Below, in pieces: positions 12,201 through 24,440 of a stretch of 64,000 nucleotides of DNA. Made by a program: the position numbers and the translations under genes. Within the stretch, counting starts at the first letter, position 1, and every line of letters starts with the position of its first letter. The stretch comes from Azolla caroliniana (lineage: Eukaryota; Plantae; Polypodiophyta), in assembly GCA_043228905.1 (NCBI GenBank), contig JBHGNT010000004.1, positions 11,780,001 to 11,844,000 of the forward strand. Reading direction: 5' to 3'. The notes below the pieces were generated by a model that saw only the letters and a list, made by a program, of their open reading frames with translations, was not told where the DNA came from and did not search any database.

Positions 12201-13352
12201 CCGACTAGGAGTCGGAGAAGAAGATAATGAACTCCGATGAGATTCAGACCCACTTGGCTAAGATCCGGTTGACACTCGAGGAACCAGCCGGTTACGGTGA
12301 GGATACCGAACCGGCAGAAGAAGAAGTAGAGGAAGCTGAAACCGGAACTGGCGAAGACCCCGAATCGGATTCAGATGAAGAACAAATAGAGGAGCCGGTT
12401 GCTGAAAGCCAAAGATGGAGATATCCTCTCAGGGAGAGAAGCCCCCCCCCCCCGGAGATTTCCGGATGCAGAGCATGTTCTGCTGACCAATGAGGGGGAG
12501 CCGGAAAGCTTCGAAGATGCGAAGGATGACACCCATTGCCGCAAGTGGTTGAGTGCCATGCAGGACGAGATAGATTCCCTGCATGAGAACCACATGTATG
12601 AATTGGTGGAGGTGCCGAAAGGAAAGAGGGCACTCCGAAACAAGTGGGTGTACAAGTTGAAACCGGGAGATGCCGACAACCCTCCAAGGTACAGAGCCAG
12701 GATCGTGGTGAAGGGGTTCCAACAGAAGAAGGGTGTGGACTTCGACGAGGTATTTGCCCTGGTAGTAAAGATGACTTCCATCTGGACGGGGCTGAGAATA
12801 GCGGCAAGCATGGACCTCGAGGTAGAGCAGTTAGACGTGAAGACGACGTTCCTCCAGGGTGACCTCGAAGAGGAGATCTACATGCAACAACTGGAGGGAT
12901 TTGTGAAGAAAGGGAAGGAGCACCTGGTTTGCCGGTTAAAAAAGAGCCTCTATGGGTTGAAGCAAGCTCCCCAACAATGGTACCGGAAGTTCGACTCCTT
13001 AATGACCGATCAAGGGTACCACAACACGCAGGCCGATCACTACGTATTTGTGAAGAAGTTCGAAGGTGGAGACTTCCTGATACTCCTCTTGTACGTGGAC
13101 GACATGTTGATCGTCAGACGAGACCAAGTCAAGATACGGATGCTGAAGAAGGCCCTCAACCGTACCTTCTTAATGAAAGACTTGGGTCCGGCAAGACAGA
13201 TGTTGGGGATGCATATGATCCGGAACCGGCCAACTAAGCAATTGTGGCTGTCACAGGAGAAGTACGTGACAAAGGATCTTCAGCGGTTCAACATGTCAGA
13301 TGCGAAACTGATCGGATCGACACTTCCGGCAAACTGCAGGTTATCCGGTAAG

Positions 13353-16300
13353 TGTTGTCCGCCGGAATAGTAATCGACGGACAAAAGCGTAGGAATAAGA
13401 AATTATATAAGAGCATAACGCATGTAATGGTTCATGCAGGAAGCGTGAACAGCTAATTAGACCCTGCATATATAAAGGGTAGAAAACCTCTGATGGGGGT
13501 GTGTAATGTTGGGAATGTAAAGGAACGCCTGATAATAGAATTCTATCTTCTCTGATTTTCTGTGTATAGCTACGGCTAATTTAGTGTGGGTGTCTTGAAT
13601 ACTTAAGCATTGTAGTACGTAAGTGTAACCCTTGATAGGGATTCAGTTATAGCCGTCTTCCCTTATAACCTGATAGGTTACAGGGGTTCTTCCCTTACAC
13701 ATTACGCTTAAACACCTATTCGTTGTTCCACACCCACTTTGAGGTCTAGGTCGAAGGACTGACCGCGGACCGTGTTCCTAAACGGCAACACTTTTGGCAT
13801 GCCCGGTGATCTGTGTTTCCTCATAGACGAGCAACAACGAATGGATGTTTAGCCGCAGACGACCCAGAGAACCAACACGACAAGACCGGCCAATAACAAG
13901 GTCCATCACACGCCAGGCAAAAGAATGCGCACGGCAAAAGCCGCGCCTCAACGACCTCAGTACTACTTGCCGTGAGTGCAAAGGGGATTCTTCGCTCCCC
14001 AAATACCTCGACGAGACGCGGGGACCACGCTCACCACAACCACCCTGTGGTCTTTCCCGATCCGCCGTAGCTCCCACTATGGCCTTTGCCTACCCCCGCT
14101 TTAACGGCGAAACCGACGCCGTAACTCATATTCGCATGTTCCTGAATGTCTGGAATGCGAACTACATGGCGCAGAATCTCTCCGAGATGGTGGCACACCA
14201 GTCGAAAATGACGGAGTTCGGATTAACACTAGATGGATGTGCGGTGTTCTGGCATTCACAGATGGATTTACCAGGCATAACAACCTTCGATCAGCTCCAG
14301 TCCGCTTTCTTGCGATTCTTCCATCGGAGGGTTCCACAACACGAGATTCTCAGGCAGTTTTATACAATTAAGCAACTACCGACCGAGACGATAGCGGAAT
14401 TCAGCTTACGTTTCCAAAATTTACGACGGAAACTGGAACGAAGCCCCGCGGAGGAAGAGGCTCGGGAAACATTTATGGTAGCTTTACACCGGCCCATCCG
14501 GGCAACGCTCAACAACAATACCGTGAAAGGGGAAACGATGGATATGGTAATTGAACGAGCGTTACAGCTCGAGTTGGATGACGAGGAGGAAAGGTTTTCT
14601 ATGTCCTCCTTACGACAAGCGTTACCTCAGGATGAGGAAAGCCAATTTCGTCAAGCAATCTAGTGCACGATTTGCTTGAACTCGAGGCATTCCGCAGTGG
14701 AGTGCAATATGCGAATCCACTACCCAATCTGCCACTCGAAGGCTCACACAGTTGACCAATGCGAGTACAATATGTTAAACAGAGCCACTCCCGCAGTCCG
14801 CAGCATGGACACACAACGTCAACCGCACCGGGCTGAACAAAGGAGGCAAGAAGACCGACCCCAGTATAAGGATCGCAACCCGTGGGAGGACCGGTACAAC
14901 CAGAATCGCCGGAATCACAACGATTCCGAGGAGGACGACCCAGAGGACGAGGATTATCGTGGACATTTGAGTTACGCCAAAGGGGGTCGGCGCTACGAGC
15001 ATCAACGCCCGACAAACAAACGGGGCGGCTTCAATGGCTACCGGGGTAAGCCTCGGCAATATAGGAATCACCGGCGTTACGACGAAAGCTCGGGGGATGA
15101 GCGGTACCAGAAACAACGACGGGACCAACAGCAGCCACTGCGTACGTTCCGACAAACGAGGCCAGACCGCGAAGAGCAAGTAGCACCCGGAGAGCGGCAC
15201 ACACCACCTAGGGCCGAGAAGGGCGAATCAAGCATCCATTGTTTTATTTGTTAGCAACCCGGACATTATGCCACGCAATGCCCAACACGCAATGGAAAGG
15301 GGCCCGTTGTCAATATGATTACGGCGGAGGTGCAAAAGTCACGACACGCCAGCAAACAAAAACGGCGGATTGGACTGCGCAGGACGAGGTACGCCGACAA
15401 GCCCAAGCGTGGGTGGAAAAAGCAAACGCGACCAATACGGAATGTATGCGGCAGGAGTCCGCGAACACAATGGAGCAAACAGAGAACAAAAGACCGGGTC
15501 CGGAACCCCATTTGGCAGGTGTTAGCAAGCTGTGAAATAACGTTAACCATGGAAAAACTGCTACAGCTAGTTCCACGTTTCCGCCAGACCATGGAAGCAC
15601 AGGTGGCGGGCATACCCAGGGCAAGCGTCGCCACAAACTTGATAGACGTCAGCGATGGACCACCGGTGGTGGATCAACACAACCCGGCTATTACAATAAT
15701 ATTGCACGGACAGGAAGTTCCTGGATGCGTAATCAACGGCGGCTCAGGCGTCAATGTAATTAGCCCGAAAACTTGCGAGCAATTAGGCATTTCTGAATGG
15801 GAGGTGTGTCCATTCTGGCTCCGCATGGCAGATACCCGCTCAATGCGACCGTTGGGGTTAATTCGCAAAATAGGCATCATCGTGGGCGGACACCACTTCG
15901 ACATCTCGGCAGTCGTCCTCGCTTTGGACGCCCCAGGAGCGTACCCAGTGCTTCTGGGCAGACCATGGCTTCGGACAACAAATATCAAGCAAAGCTCGCA
16001 ACACGAGTGTATCACTTTCCGGCATGGACGCACCAAGGTTCACGTACCTACGGAAGGCAGCACGCCACAACCTAAGGGTATAACACTGTTATATGCGGAG
16101 GGCATAAATATGCTGGTTGGAGTGGAGGATGCAGAATTGGAGGCGTACCTCGACGAACACCCTCGGATTATTCCGTTGTTCGAAATAGATGTCATCACAA
16201 CCGCGACAGAATATGCCACGGCCACTGTTCCCCACGACAAGCCTTACGAACCAAACCCAGAGTCCATATTGGAACTCGGCAGACCACGGGCGGCATCCGA

Positions 16301-17177
16301 AAGGGAAATGGATATTTCACGACGAGTCACCGCTTCCGCTCTCGAAGAAGTAAATGTGGGTACGGAATCGGAGCCCCGGTTCCTCTCCATCGCAAAGGAA
16401 TTAAGGCCGAACCAGAGAATCACAATGATCACACTACTCACGGAATATAAAGATGTGTTCGCTTGGGCTGACAAGGACATGAAGGGGTTAGATCCCAAGT
16501 TCTATCAACATAAGATCAATTTAGCAACTGATGCGAAACCCAAGACAATTTGTCACGGTCTGGGAAGTATATGTGGCAGTCGTCATGATGTTCGGGCTAA
16601 AGACAGCGCCGGCAACATTTCAACGAACGATTACGGAGATCTTTTGGGAGTTCATGCAAGTTTTTCTAGACGACTTTGCGGTATATGGGAAAACAATAGA
16701 CCATTTTACGCACTTACGACTGTGCCTGGAACGTTGCCGCACCGCACGCTTAAGCCTGAATCCCGCGAAATGTGCCTTCGGCGTGACCAACGGGACTCTC
16801 CTAGGCCACATAGTCAGCAAAGAGGGAATAGCGGTTGACCTAAACAAGATCTCCACAACTACACAAGCCAAAGAGGGAATAGCGGGTGTGTAATGTTGGG
16901 AATGTAAAGGAACGCTTGATAATAGAATTCTATCTGGTCTGATTTTCTGTGTATAGCTACGGCTAATTCAGTGTGGGTGTCTTGAATACTTAAGCGTTCT
17001 AGTACGTAAGTGTAACCCTTGATAGGGATTCGGTTGTAGCCTTCTTCCCTTATACGTTGATAGGTTACATGGGTTCTTCCCTTACGCATTACGCTTAAAC
17101 ACCTGTTCGTTGTTCCACACTCACTTTGAGGTCTAGGTCGAAGGACTGACCGCGGACCGTGTTCCTAAACGGCAACA
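13353..17177 (+). mobile_element. Tat/OTA-like gypsy G3a inserted in C1b RT; 5' LTR 13353-13790; RH, INT and the start of the 3' LTR deleted
   Basis: LTR TGTTGTCCGCC...GGCAACA; PBS TGGCATGCCCGGTG at 13795; partial LTR ~16884-17177; TSD GTAAG/ATAAG. Confidence 0.88.
14079..16860 (+). pseudogene. G3a gag, protease and partial RT
   Basis: MAFAYPRFNGET gag, CCHC knuckles, VINGGSGVNVI (D to N), LLGRPWL, YKDVFAW, FGLKTAPATFQR, FLDDF. Confidence 0.88.
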
Positions 17178-19006
17178 ATAAGCAAAGCCCGAAGACGAAG
17201 GCAAAGAAGGCGGATATGATGAAGATACCATATGCCTCTGCTGTCGGGAGCCTAATGTACGCAATGGTGTGTACCCGACCGGATATCGAATATGCAGTCG
17301 GAGTGGTGAACCGGTTTATGAGTAATCCGAACAAGGAGCACTGGAATGCGGTAAAATGGATACTCTGATACTTGAAAGGCACCTCAAGTATGTGTCTCCG
17401 ATTTGGCTCTGGTAAATCCAAACTTGACGGTTTCACCGATTCAGATATGTCGGCTGATGCGGATACCAGCCGGTCAACATCCAGATATGTCATGACATAT
17501 ACAGGGGGGGCTGTTTCGTGGCAATCAAGGTTGCAGAAGACGGTTGTATTGTCAACCATGGAAGCGGAGTACATGGCGGCTGTGGAAGCCGGCAAGGAAA
17601 TACTATGGATGAAGGACTTCATCGAAGAGCTAGAAATCCTGCAAGAGGAATACCGGCTCTATTGCGACAGTCAAAGTGCCATCCACCTTGCGAAGAACCC
17701 AGCATATCATTCCAGGACGAAGCACATCCAGCGGAGGTACCACTAGATTCGGGAGCAAGTAGAAGACCGAGAGTTCGTGCTGACGAAGATCCACACAGAG
17801 GAGAATGGGTCGGATATACTGACCAAGGTGCTGACGCCCAACAAGCTAGACGCATGCCGGAAGCGGATCGGATTGACGAAGCATCCCATGCCAAAGTGAA
17901 GGGGGAGTTTGTTAGGATCTCGGTTCCTCCGGATTGGATACGAAGGCCCAGCATCGGAAGACCCGGTGAGAACCAGATGATGCATACCCGATGAGAACCG
18001 GATGATGAGTACCCGGCAAGGAAGACCCGGTCAGAACCGGATGACGAGTACCCGACAAGGAAGACCCGGTGAGAACCTCTCACCGGATGAAGGGACATAT
18101 ATGTAGATATGTTTCTGAGAGCCCATTGGGGCTATATCTGTGAATAGTCCTAATGTCATCTTAGTATAAATGTGATCTAGGGCAAACAATTTGTTAGGGA
18201 ATATAGTTGTTGTTATTATCTTTGTATAGTTTTTTTTGGGTGTAATGACTGTATTGAGAGAGAGAGACAAAGCGATACAGATCATGTCTCTGTTGTAACC
18301 GCCGCCAAGCGAAGATTGTGAGCAAGAGGTCGTTGCCTCTATGCTCCTTATTGTACTCCTTGACGTAGTGATAGTGGGAAGTCTGTGGACTCCCGTGGTT
18401 TTTCCCTCTCAGGGTTTTCCACGTTAACATCCTGTGTATTCTCTTTCTGTTTGTGTACTTACCTCCATTCCCATTTCTTCTGTATTTGATTTTCATCATG
18501 TGATCTACACTTCGGTTGTGGCCGAAGATTATTCCGCGTATTTCTCGTCAGATCAAGCCCCGCCTGTGCTTGATTCTCCAATGTTTGGAGTTTCAACTTC
18601 GATGTCGATCCCGCCGGACTCGTTCGGTTTCCTCGATAATCTTCGCCTGGTCGATCTTTCTCCCCAATAAAAGAGGGCGGCTCGTCCCGCACCCTCTCCC
18701 GTATCGGCACCGTCGTGGCCCGCTTGGCCTCTGGCTCGACCATGTCCCTCTTGTCCGCGCACCCCCTTCTCGTTGTGATGTTGTACCGTTGCACACCACC
18801 TTCATTCCACTTCAGGGTGACGACACTCTATGAGCTGCTCGGAGCTCTTCATCTTTGTGCTGGACAGTCGAGCCTTCAGTGAAACTCATGGGACTCCGTC
18901 CCCATCGTAACGGTCGACTTCTTCGACCTAGCCCGTCTCGATGCGCCACTTCTCGACTCTCCTCCTCGAATTCTTCAGCCTCGAACTCCATCCTCCCTTG
19001 CCGCCC

Positions 19007-19024
19007 TTCACGTCGGGTTCACCA
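19007..19024 (-). promoter_or_regulatory. PBS for tRNA-Trp
   Basis: TGGTGAACCCGACGTGAA is complementary to the 3' end of plant tRNA-Trp as I recall it (TTCACGTCGGGTTCACCA); also at 38352-38369(-), 46968-46985(-) and 61740-61757(+). Confidence 0.85.
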
Positions 19025-20264
19025 AATATGTCACGGTAATCCGCGCTTGCATGTCGGATCCAGGCAAGGACCACCAGGGTCATGGACCAGGAGGGGAGGA
19101 GTTGTCGGGGACCCGAATCCTCCAGAGCATGCCGTGTTGCCGGCCGGTTCGATCCCGGATACTCTCCAGACACGACCGGTTACCGTACGAGAAGCGAGAG
19201 AGTGCGCCCTTGTCCTTGCCGCCCCTTTCGCCCGTACGTACAAGGGGCCCAAAAGAGGCACGGGACACAACCCAGTTAACCGTGCCCGCACACAGGCACA
19301 CACCCATATACATACCCGGATACAACTGGAACCCCTACACCGGCGACCACACACACACCTTCACACGCAACGCTCGGTGCGATGCCGGTTCCACACGAAG
19401 AGGAAGAGGGAGCCTGCATCCCAGGGCCGGTCGGGCAGCTCCCAAGGTTGTTTGCGCGACGACACCCTCGTGTAAGGCACGCCTCTTCCAAAACTACCGC
19501 CTCCTGCACCAAGCCTCCTTCAAGGAGCGCACGGGTTCACTGAACCGAGTGGGGTCTTGTGCGCAAAGGAGGGAGACCTGCCAACGGACCACCTAGCACG
19601 CGGCCTTTCCACAAGCGACAGAAGCCAACACCTACGCACACACTCACAGACATGCCGGATTACGGTATGTTGAGAGCCAACGATCAGGAACTTGGGGAAA
19701 GCATAGACAGTTCGCATGCCGCCTGCCACAACCGAACACACCACCTACGTACGCACAAAGAAGACCCCGAAACCCTAACGGAAAACAGAGACAACGCACC
19801 CACACACCAAGATGAAGAGGAGACAAAAACAGACGTTATACGCAGAAGCTTATTAACACTAAATGGAACCTCAAAACGAGGAGCAATGAGGAACAAAACT
19901 GTTTGGGACCCAACGGGTGGGAACCCTTGTTCAAGAATTGTGCCCTCCCTTTTATAGAACAATGTGAGGGTCGTGTGATTATGTGGGATAAATCCCGACT
20001 TACATGGGATTCTCCGTCCCAAATTAACTCCTACTCGGCGCCATAAAGGCACCCCTATTCCCTATACAAGTTTTACAAGAGTGGGTGCACATGGTGGACC
20101 TTGCTGATTCCTCCAATATCTCTCGATTTCTCACCTTAGCCCAGAATCTTCACGACAACGCAGAGCAACAGATGATTGAGCATGTGTTCACAAGCACAAC
20201 AGAAAGTGAGGATGAAGGGCCTCTAGCTAAGGTAGGAAGCCAATAGAATGCAGGGATTCAGTGT

Positions 20265-21700
20265 ATGGGCATTGAATTACCTCCATTGAATGCGGCCATG
20301 GTCGAGGTACATCGTGAATTGGCTAGAGTGAGTGTGGGGGCCAAGGATATGGCTAGCAAGAATAAAAAACATGTGGAAAACAGTCAACTTGACTCAACCC
20401 AATTACAGAAGGACCAAGAGCGCATTACGGAGCTCGAACATAGTGTCACTAGGGCACTGCAAAATCCCGAACCAGCAGCGGGTGAGGACCCCTCAATAAC
20501 CCTACAAGAGGAGATTGCCGCACAACAGGCCATCGCTACTAAAGCAAAAAATTGGCGACGCAGCTTGCTGAGTTCGAGATTGACCACCTCCGCTCCGAAC
20601 TCCGCCAATCCTCTGACAGAGAAAAGGACATCTGGGCCAAAGGCCGAAAGGCAGTGAAGGCACTCGAAGAGCAACTCGAAGAAGAGGCTGGAGCGCACAC
20701 CCACTTGAAAGAAGAAAACACCAAACTATGGGACAAAGCCCAAAAGTCCGAAGTGGCGATTAAAGGATTTTGGGCATTATTGGAAAAGAAGAAAGTGTGG
20801 TACGACGAGAAGCTCGTATGAGAACAAGAGGTGAGGCATCAGGTCGAAGTCCGCCTGAACAATGAAATGGGCTAGCTGGAGGAATTACACTTGAAAGAAT
20901 CTTAGATATGGGCAGGGATGAAGAATCATTATGAGGAAGCGGTTGCGGTTAATAAGCAAGAAATCGAAAACCTCAAAAAAACCCTAGAAGAAGCGCAAAA
21001 CCGTTGCCAAGTAATAACCGACAACGTGCACATACTTCTTCAAACAAATCGGGAGAGGTTTACGGCGCAATTACAAGTGGCGCTAGACAAAGGCTGGACG
21101 GCGTGGGCACCACAAGCGGCGGAGTTGCACACCTATCGGGCGGACTGGGAGAACCATAGGAAAGAAGGCCGAGGTTTCTACAAACTTAATAAGGAAGGCA
21201 TTGCGGCAGTACGCGAGGACCTAGCACAAGATTATCGCACGCTAGCGGACCAACACTCCAAGGAACTCGCGTAGCTACTGGAAGATTTCGGCGAAAGTCT
21301 GGAGGATATGTTTCACCGAATCATGGAAGTAGGCAGCACGTAGCAAAGAGTGGAGCCCAACGCGATACCAGATAGCGATACCGCCGAACATGAGGAACCT
21401 CAGCCTAATTCACCGGAGATGACAACTACGGCCAGCAACATTGAGGAAGTTACGGACAGGACAGAGCCTCAGCCTACCGAGAGCCCGCAGATGGAAGAGC
21501 CAGCCACAGTAGAATGGAATGAGCCAGCAGAGCCAAGTCCACCCACATAGGGAGAAGTTGACGCCATGGAAACCCCCACGACAACCGAGCAAGTACAAGA
21601 CATGCAACCGAGCAACGACGCGCCTATGAGCACTACGCTGTCCCTAGACCAGTATGTAGGAGTGGAACCAAACATCCGGGATATTTTGGAGCAAGAATAG
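20265..21700 (+). pseudogene. Disrupted coiled-coil-like extra ORF in the 3' region of G3b
   Basis: E/K/Q/L-rich ORF pieces 20265..20657, 20552..20821, 20918..21274 and 21350..21550, separated by TAG/TGA stops and a frameshift; no RT or INT motifs. Confidence 0.65.
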
Positions 21701-21705
21701 AGGGA

Positions 21706-21745
21706 TGGGTTCGACGTGCCATGGCACTGTCCCACAGGTGTGCCA
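21706..21745 (+). other. Structured tRNA-Arg-3'-half-like motif at the PPT position of G3b
   Basis: TGGGTTCGAC-GTGCCATGGCAC-TGTCCCACAGGTGTGCCA, 2 nt before the LTR TG. Confidence 0.8.
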
Positions 21746-22900
21746 AGTGTTGTCCGCCAAAATCATAACCGACGCATAGAAGCACAGAAATATTATAATA
21801 TAGTAAAGCGTTAAGAAACGAATGTAACGGTTCACGCGGGAGAACGACTAAAAGCCCTGTGTATATAAAGGGTAGAAATCCTCTGTAAGAGGTAGCGTGT
21901 AATTTTGAGTGCAAGACGTTTTTCTAATAGAATCCTATCTTCTCTAATCTCGGTGCATATCTGTGTCTATCTGCGTGACCGCCCATTGTTACTCTGTTCC
22001 GTACTATTTAAATCGGAACTGTGTGTAAGCGTAAGTGCGTATACCAATGCACTTCATAAGGAGTTCGGTTGTAGCCGTCTCCCTTATACGCTACCAAGAT
22101 ACGAGGTGGTATCCCATTACTCTTTACGCGAAGACGGTTCCATTCCTTGTAACACGGTCACCTTGAGGTCTACCTCGAAGGATTGAGCGTAGACAGTGTT
22201 CCTAATCGGTAACACGTTTGGCACGCCTGGTGATCTGTGATTTTTCGCAAACAAACATCAAAGGATGGATGTCTAGCCGTAGACAGCCCAAAGAACCGAC
22301 CCGACAAGTCCGACCACTCACGAGGTCCATCACATGCCAGACAGAGGAGCGCACGCGGCAAAAACCTCGCCTCAGTGATATCTGTCCGGACCACAAAGTC
22401 GACTCCACGCTCACCCAGCACCGCGACGTCAAGCAGGAAGTTTTGTCACCACAATACTGTGATCTTTCCCTGCCCACCATAGCATCCGGAATGGCCTTCT
22501 CCTACCCATGCTTTAATGGTGAAACCAACGCCGCAAGCCACATCTAGCTATTCCTGAACGTTTGGAACACGAATCACATGGCGCAGCGATTTCCAGAAGA
22601 GGAAGCGCATTGCTTGAATCCTATCTTCTCTGATCTTTGTGCATATCTGTGTCTATCTGCGTGACCGTCCATTGTTACTCTACTGCGTACTATTTAAATC
22701 ATAAGTGTGTGTAAGCGTAATTGCGTATAACAGTGCACTTCATAAGGAGTTCGGTTGTAGTCCTCTCCCTTATACGCTACCAGGATATGAGGTGGTATTC
22801 CATTACTCTTTATGCGAAGACGGTTCCATTCCTTGTAACACGGTCACCTTGAGTTCTACCTCGAAGGACTGAGCATAGACAGTGTTCCTAATCGGTAACA

Positions 22901-24003
22901 ATGTAGCATAGCCTCTTGTGCCATAGCTCACTAGTTGTGGCAGCTGCCACATTTACTTCCCCTCGGCATAATCGTGCATTCATTATGTATAGTGTGCTAG
23001 TTTTGCAGGCTCGAGCCACGATCAGGCTTGCAGAACTTCATGACTCCGTTCCAGATGCTACTTGTGTAGCCTTCGTCATCCAGTCGGCCAGCTGATATCA
23101 GATTCAATTTGACGTCCAGAACGTGTCGAACATCTCTCTGTCCACGACGTTCTTGTTTTCAAACATCACACCAATCTTCTTCCAGAGGATGTCAACATTC
23201 GTCTCTTCATCAAAGTTGTTGTATAGACTCATGTCTATAAAACACCTAATATATGTTGCCTCCTTTAGATGTATGACTTCCCAAGTCGATACATCGATCT
23301 TGTCTGGCCTTTTATCTCTGAACTACATCGGCAACCAAAGGTCTTTGCACACAAGCATGTCCCGCATCTTCGACTTCCAGACTGAATAGTTGGAGCCAAT
23401 AAGTTTGAACATGTTGCCGAATGAGTCTTCCATCGCTTTGATACCACTTTTTGGAGAATCGACCGGCCACAATCGGGTTCAAGTTCGTATTCGGGTGCAA
23501 AAGAAACAAGTAGGATAATACGTAGATGAAAACGAACGGGCAGAAAACAAGAAACAGAGGCACAATGTTTAATGGAAAACCCAAAAGGGAAAAACCACAG
23601 GATTCCTCGAACTCCGAACTAGATCACTAATGATGAGGAGTACAATAAGATACTCGAAGGCAACGACCTCGAGATTTTCTTCGTCTGACAGACGGCTCCT
23701 GAGTTACAACTCTCACTCTCTCTCTCTGACTCACAGTTATAGAGGCAACTACCTCCAGTGTAACTTTTCAACAATGATCAACTAGATACACTTAAATTTT
23801 GCCCTAGTTGTTTATATACTACAACAATGTTCTAGCTCTTTACAAGTATAGCACATTTGGACTATTTACAAATATAGTCTTCCGAATCAGCTATTTAATC
23901 GATTTGGGTTCTCAATTTCGATCTTGGCCTCCGCCGAATTACCCTTGTGTCATCAATTCTGTTCGTTCTCTTCTTCCCATTCGGAGGGACATGTTTCCCA
24001 ACA
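22901..24003 (-). mobile_element. Old copia C1d, 5' end (LTR 23449-24003, PBS, gag start, deletion, GAG-pre region)
   Basis: Minus strand reads MEDSFGNMFKLIGSNYSVWKSKMRDML and ELWHKRLC; LTR starts TGTTGGGAAACATGTCCCTCCG. Confidence 0.85.
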
Positions 24004-24440
24004 CCTTGTGCTTCATCACAAAGGTTGGACCCAATCCATTTTCGAAACTTTCCGATCATTTAGCATAGTGCGACCACTACTGATTTCCGTGTTTGGCTCT
24101 ACCAGATCCGGATTTGTCCGAATCGGTGCATTTCTTCCAACACTCGCTCTCCAGGTGGCCTTTCTTGCCACAATACCAGCATTCTGTTTCAGCCTTCACT
24201 TGTTGGTTTCCGACGCCGCCTTATCTCCCCCTATATCCAGAGGGTCCGGAATTGCTATCGGCATTTTGATTATGCCTTTGTTTTGCTCTTGTCGGCCACC
24301 TCCATTGTGTGGCAACCCGCCTCGTGCACCATGATCACGGGAACTATCTTCCTTCGTGTACAACATCTTGCTATCAACGTGCATAGTCGTTGACGCACCC
24401 GCCAACAAGAAGCATCGATTGCAACTCGAAGAATGACGGC
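24004..24440 (-). pseudogene. C2c gag C-terminal part (continues from 50414)
   Basis: Minus strand PSFFELQSMLL...CWYCGKKGHLESECWKK...FVMKHK. Confidence 0.8.

Larger units (their letters stand above)
10241..18550 (+). mobile_element. Copia C1b (C1 subfamily), TSD GATCA; U5, PBS and most of gag deleted at ~10722; 3' LTR 17910-18550
   Basis: GATCA at 10236-10240 and 18551-18555; both LTRs start TGTTAGGATCTCGG; PR/INT/RT/RH pseudo-ORFs at 10730-13350 and 17183-17898. Confidence 0.92.
9203..20157 (-). mobile_element. Degenerate Trp-primed gypsy-derived element G2b (internal parts 9203-10240 and 18556-19006; 5' LTR 19029-20157), interrupted by C1b
   Basis: Minus-strand PBS at 19007-19024; LTR reads TGTCGTGAAGA...CCGTGACA on minus; internal repeats (GAAGTCTC..GAACCGGTGTG) resemble 45500-45840. 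Confidence 0.75.
20158..22900 (+). mobile_element. G3b tandem arrangement: 3' extra ORF, central LTR 21748-22214, PBS, gag start, partial LTR ~22617-22900
   Basis: LTR TGTTGTCCGCC...GGTAACA; PBS TGGCACGCCTGGTG at 22219; MAFSYPCFNGET at 22491; the flanks CCAAG and ATGTA are not a TSD, so 21748 is not the outer end. Confidence 0.78.
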
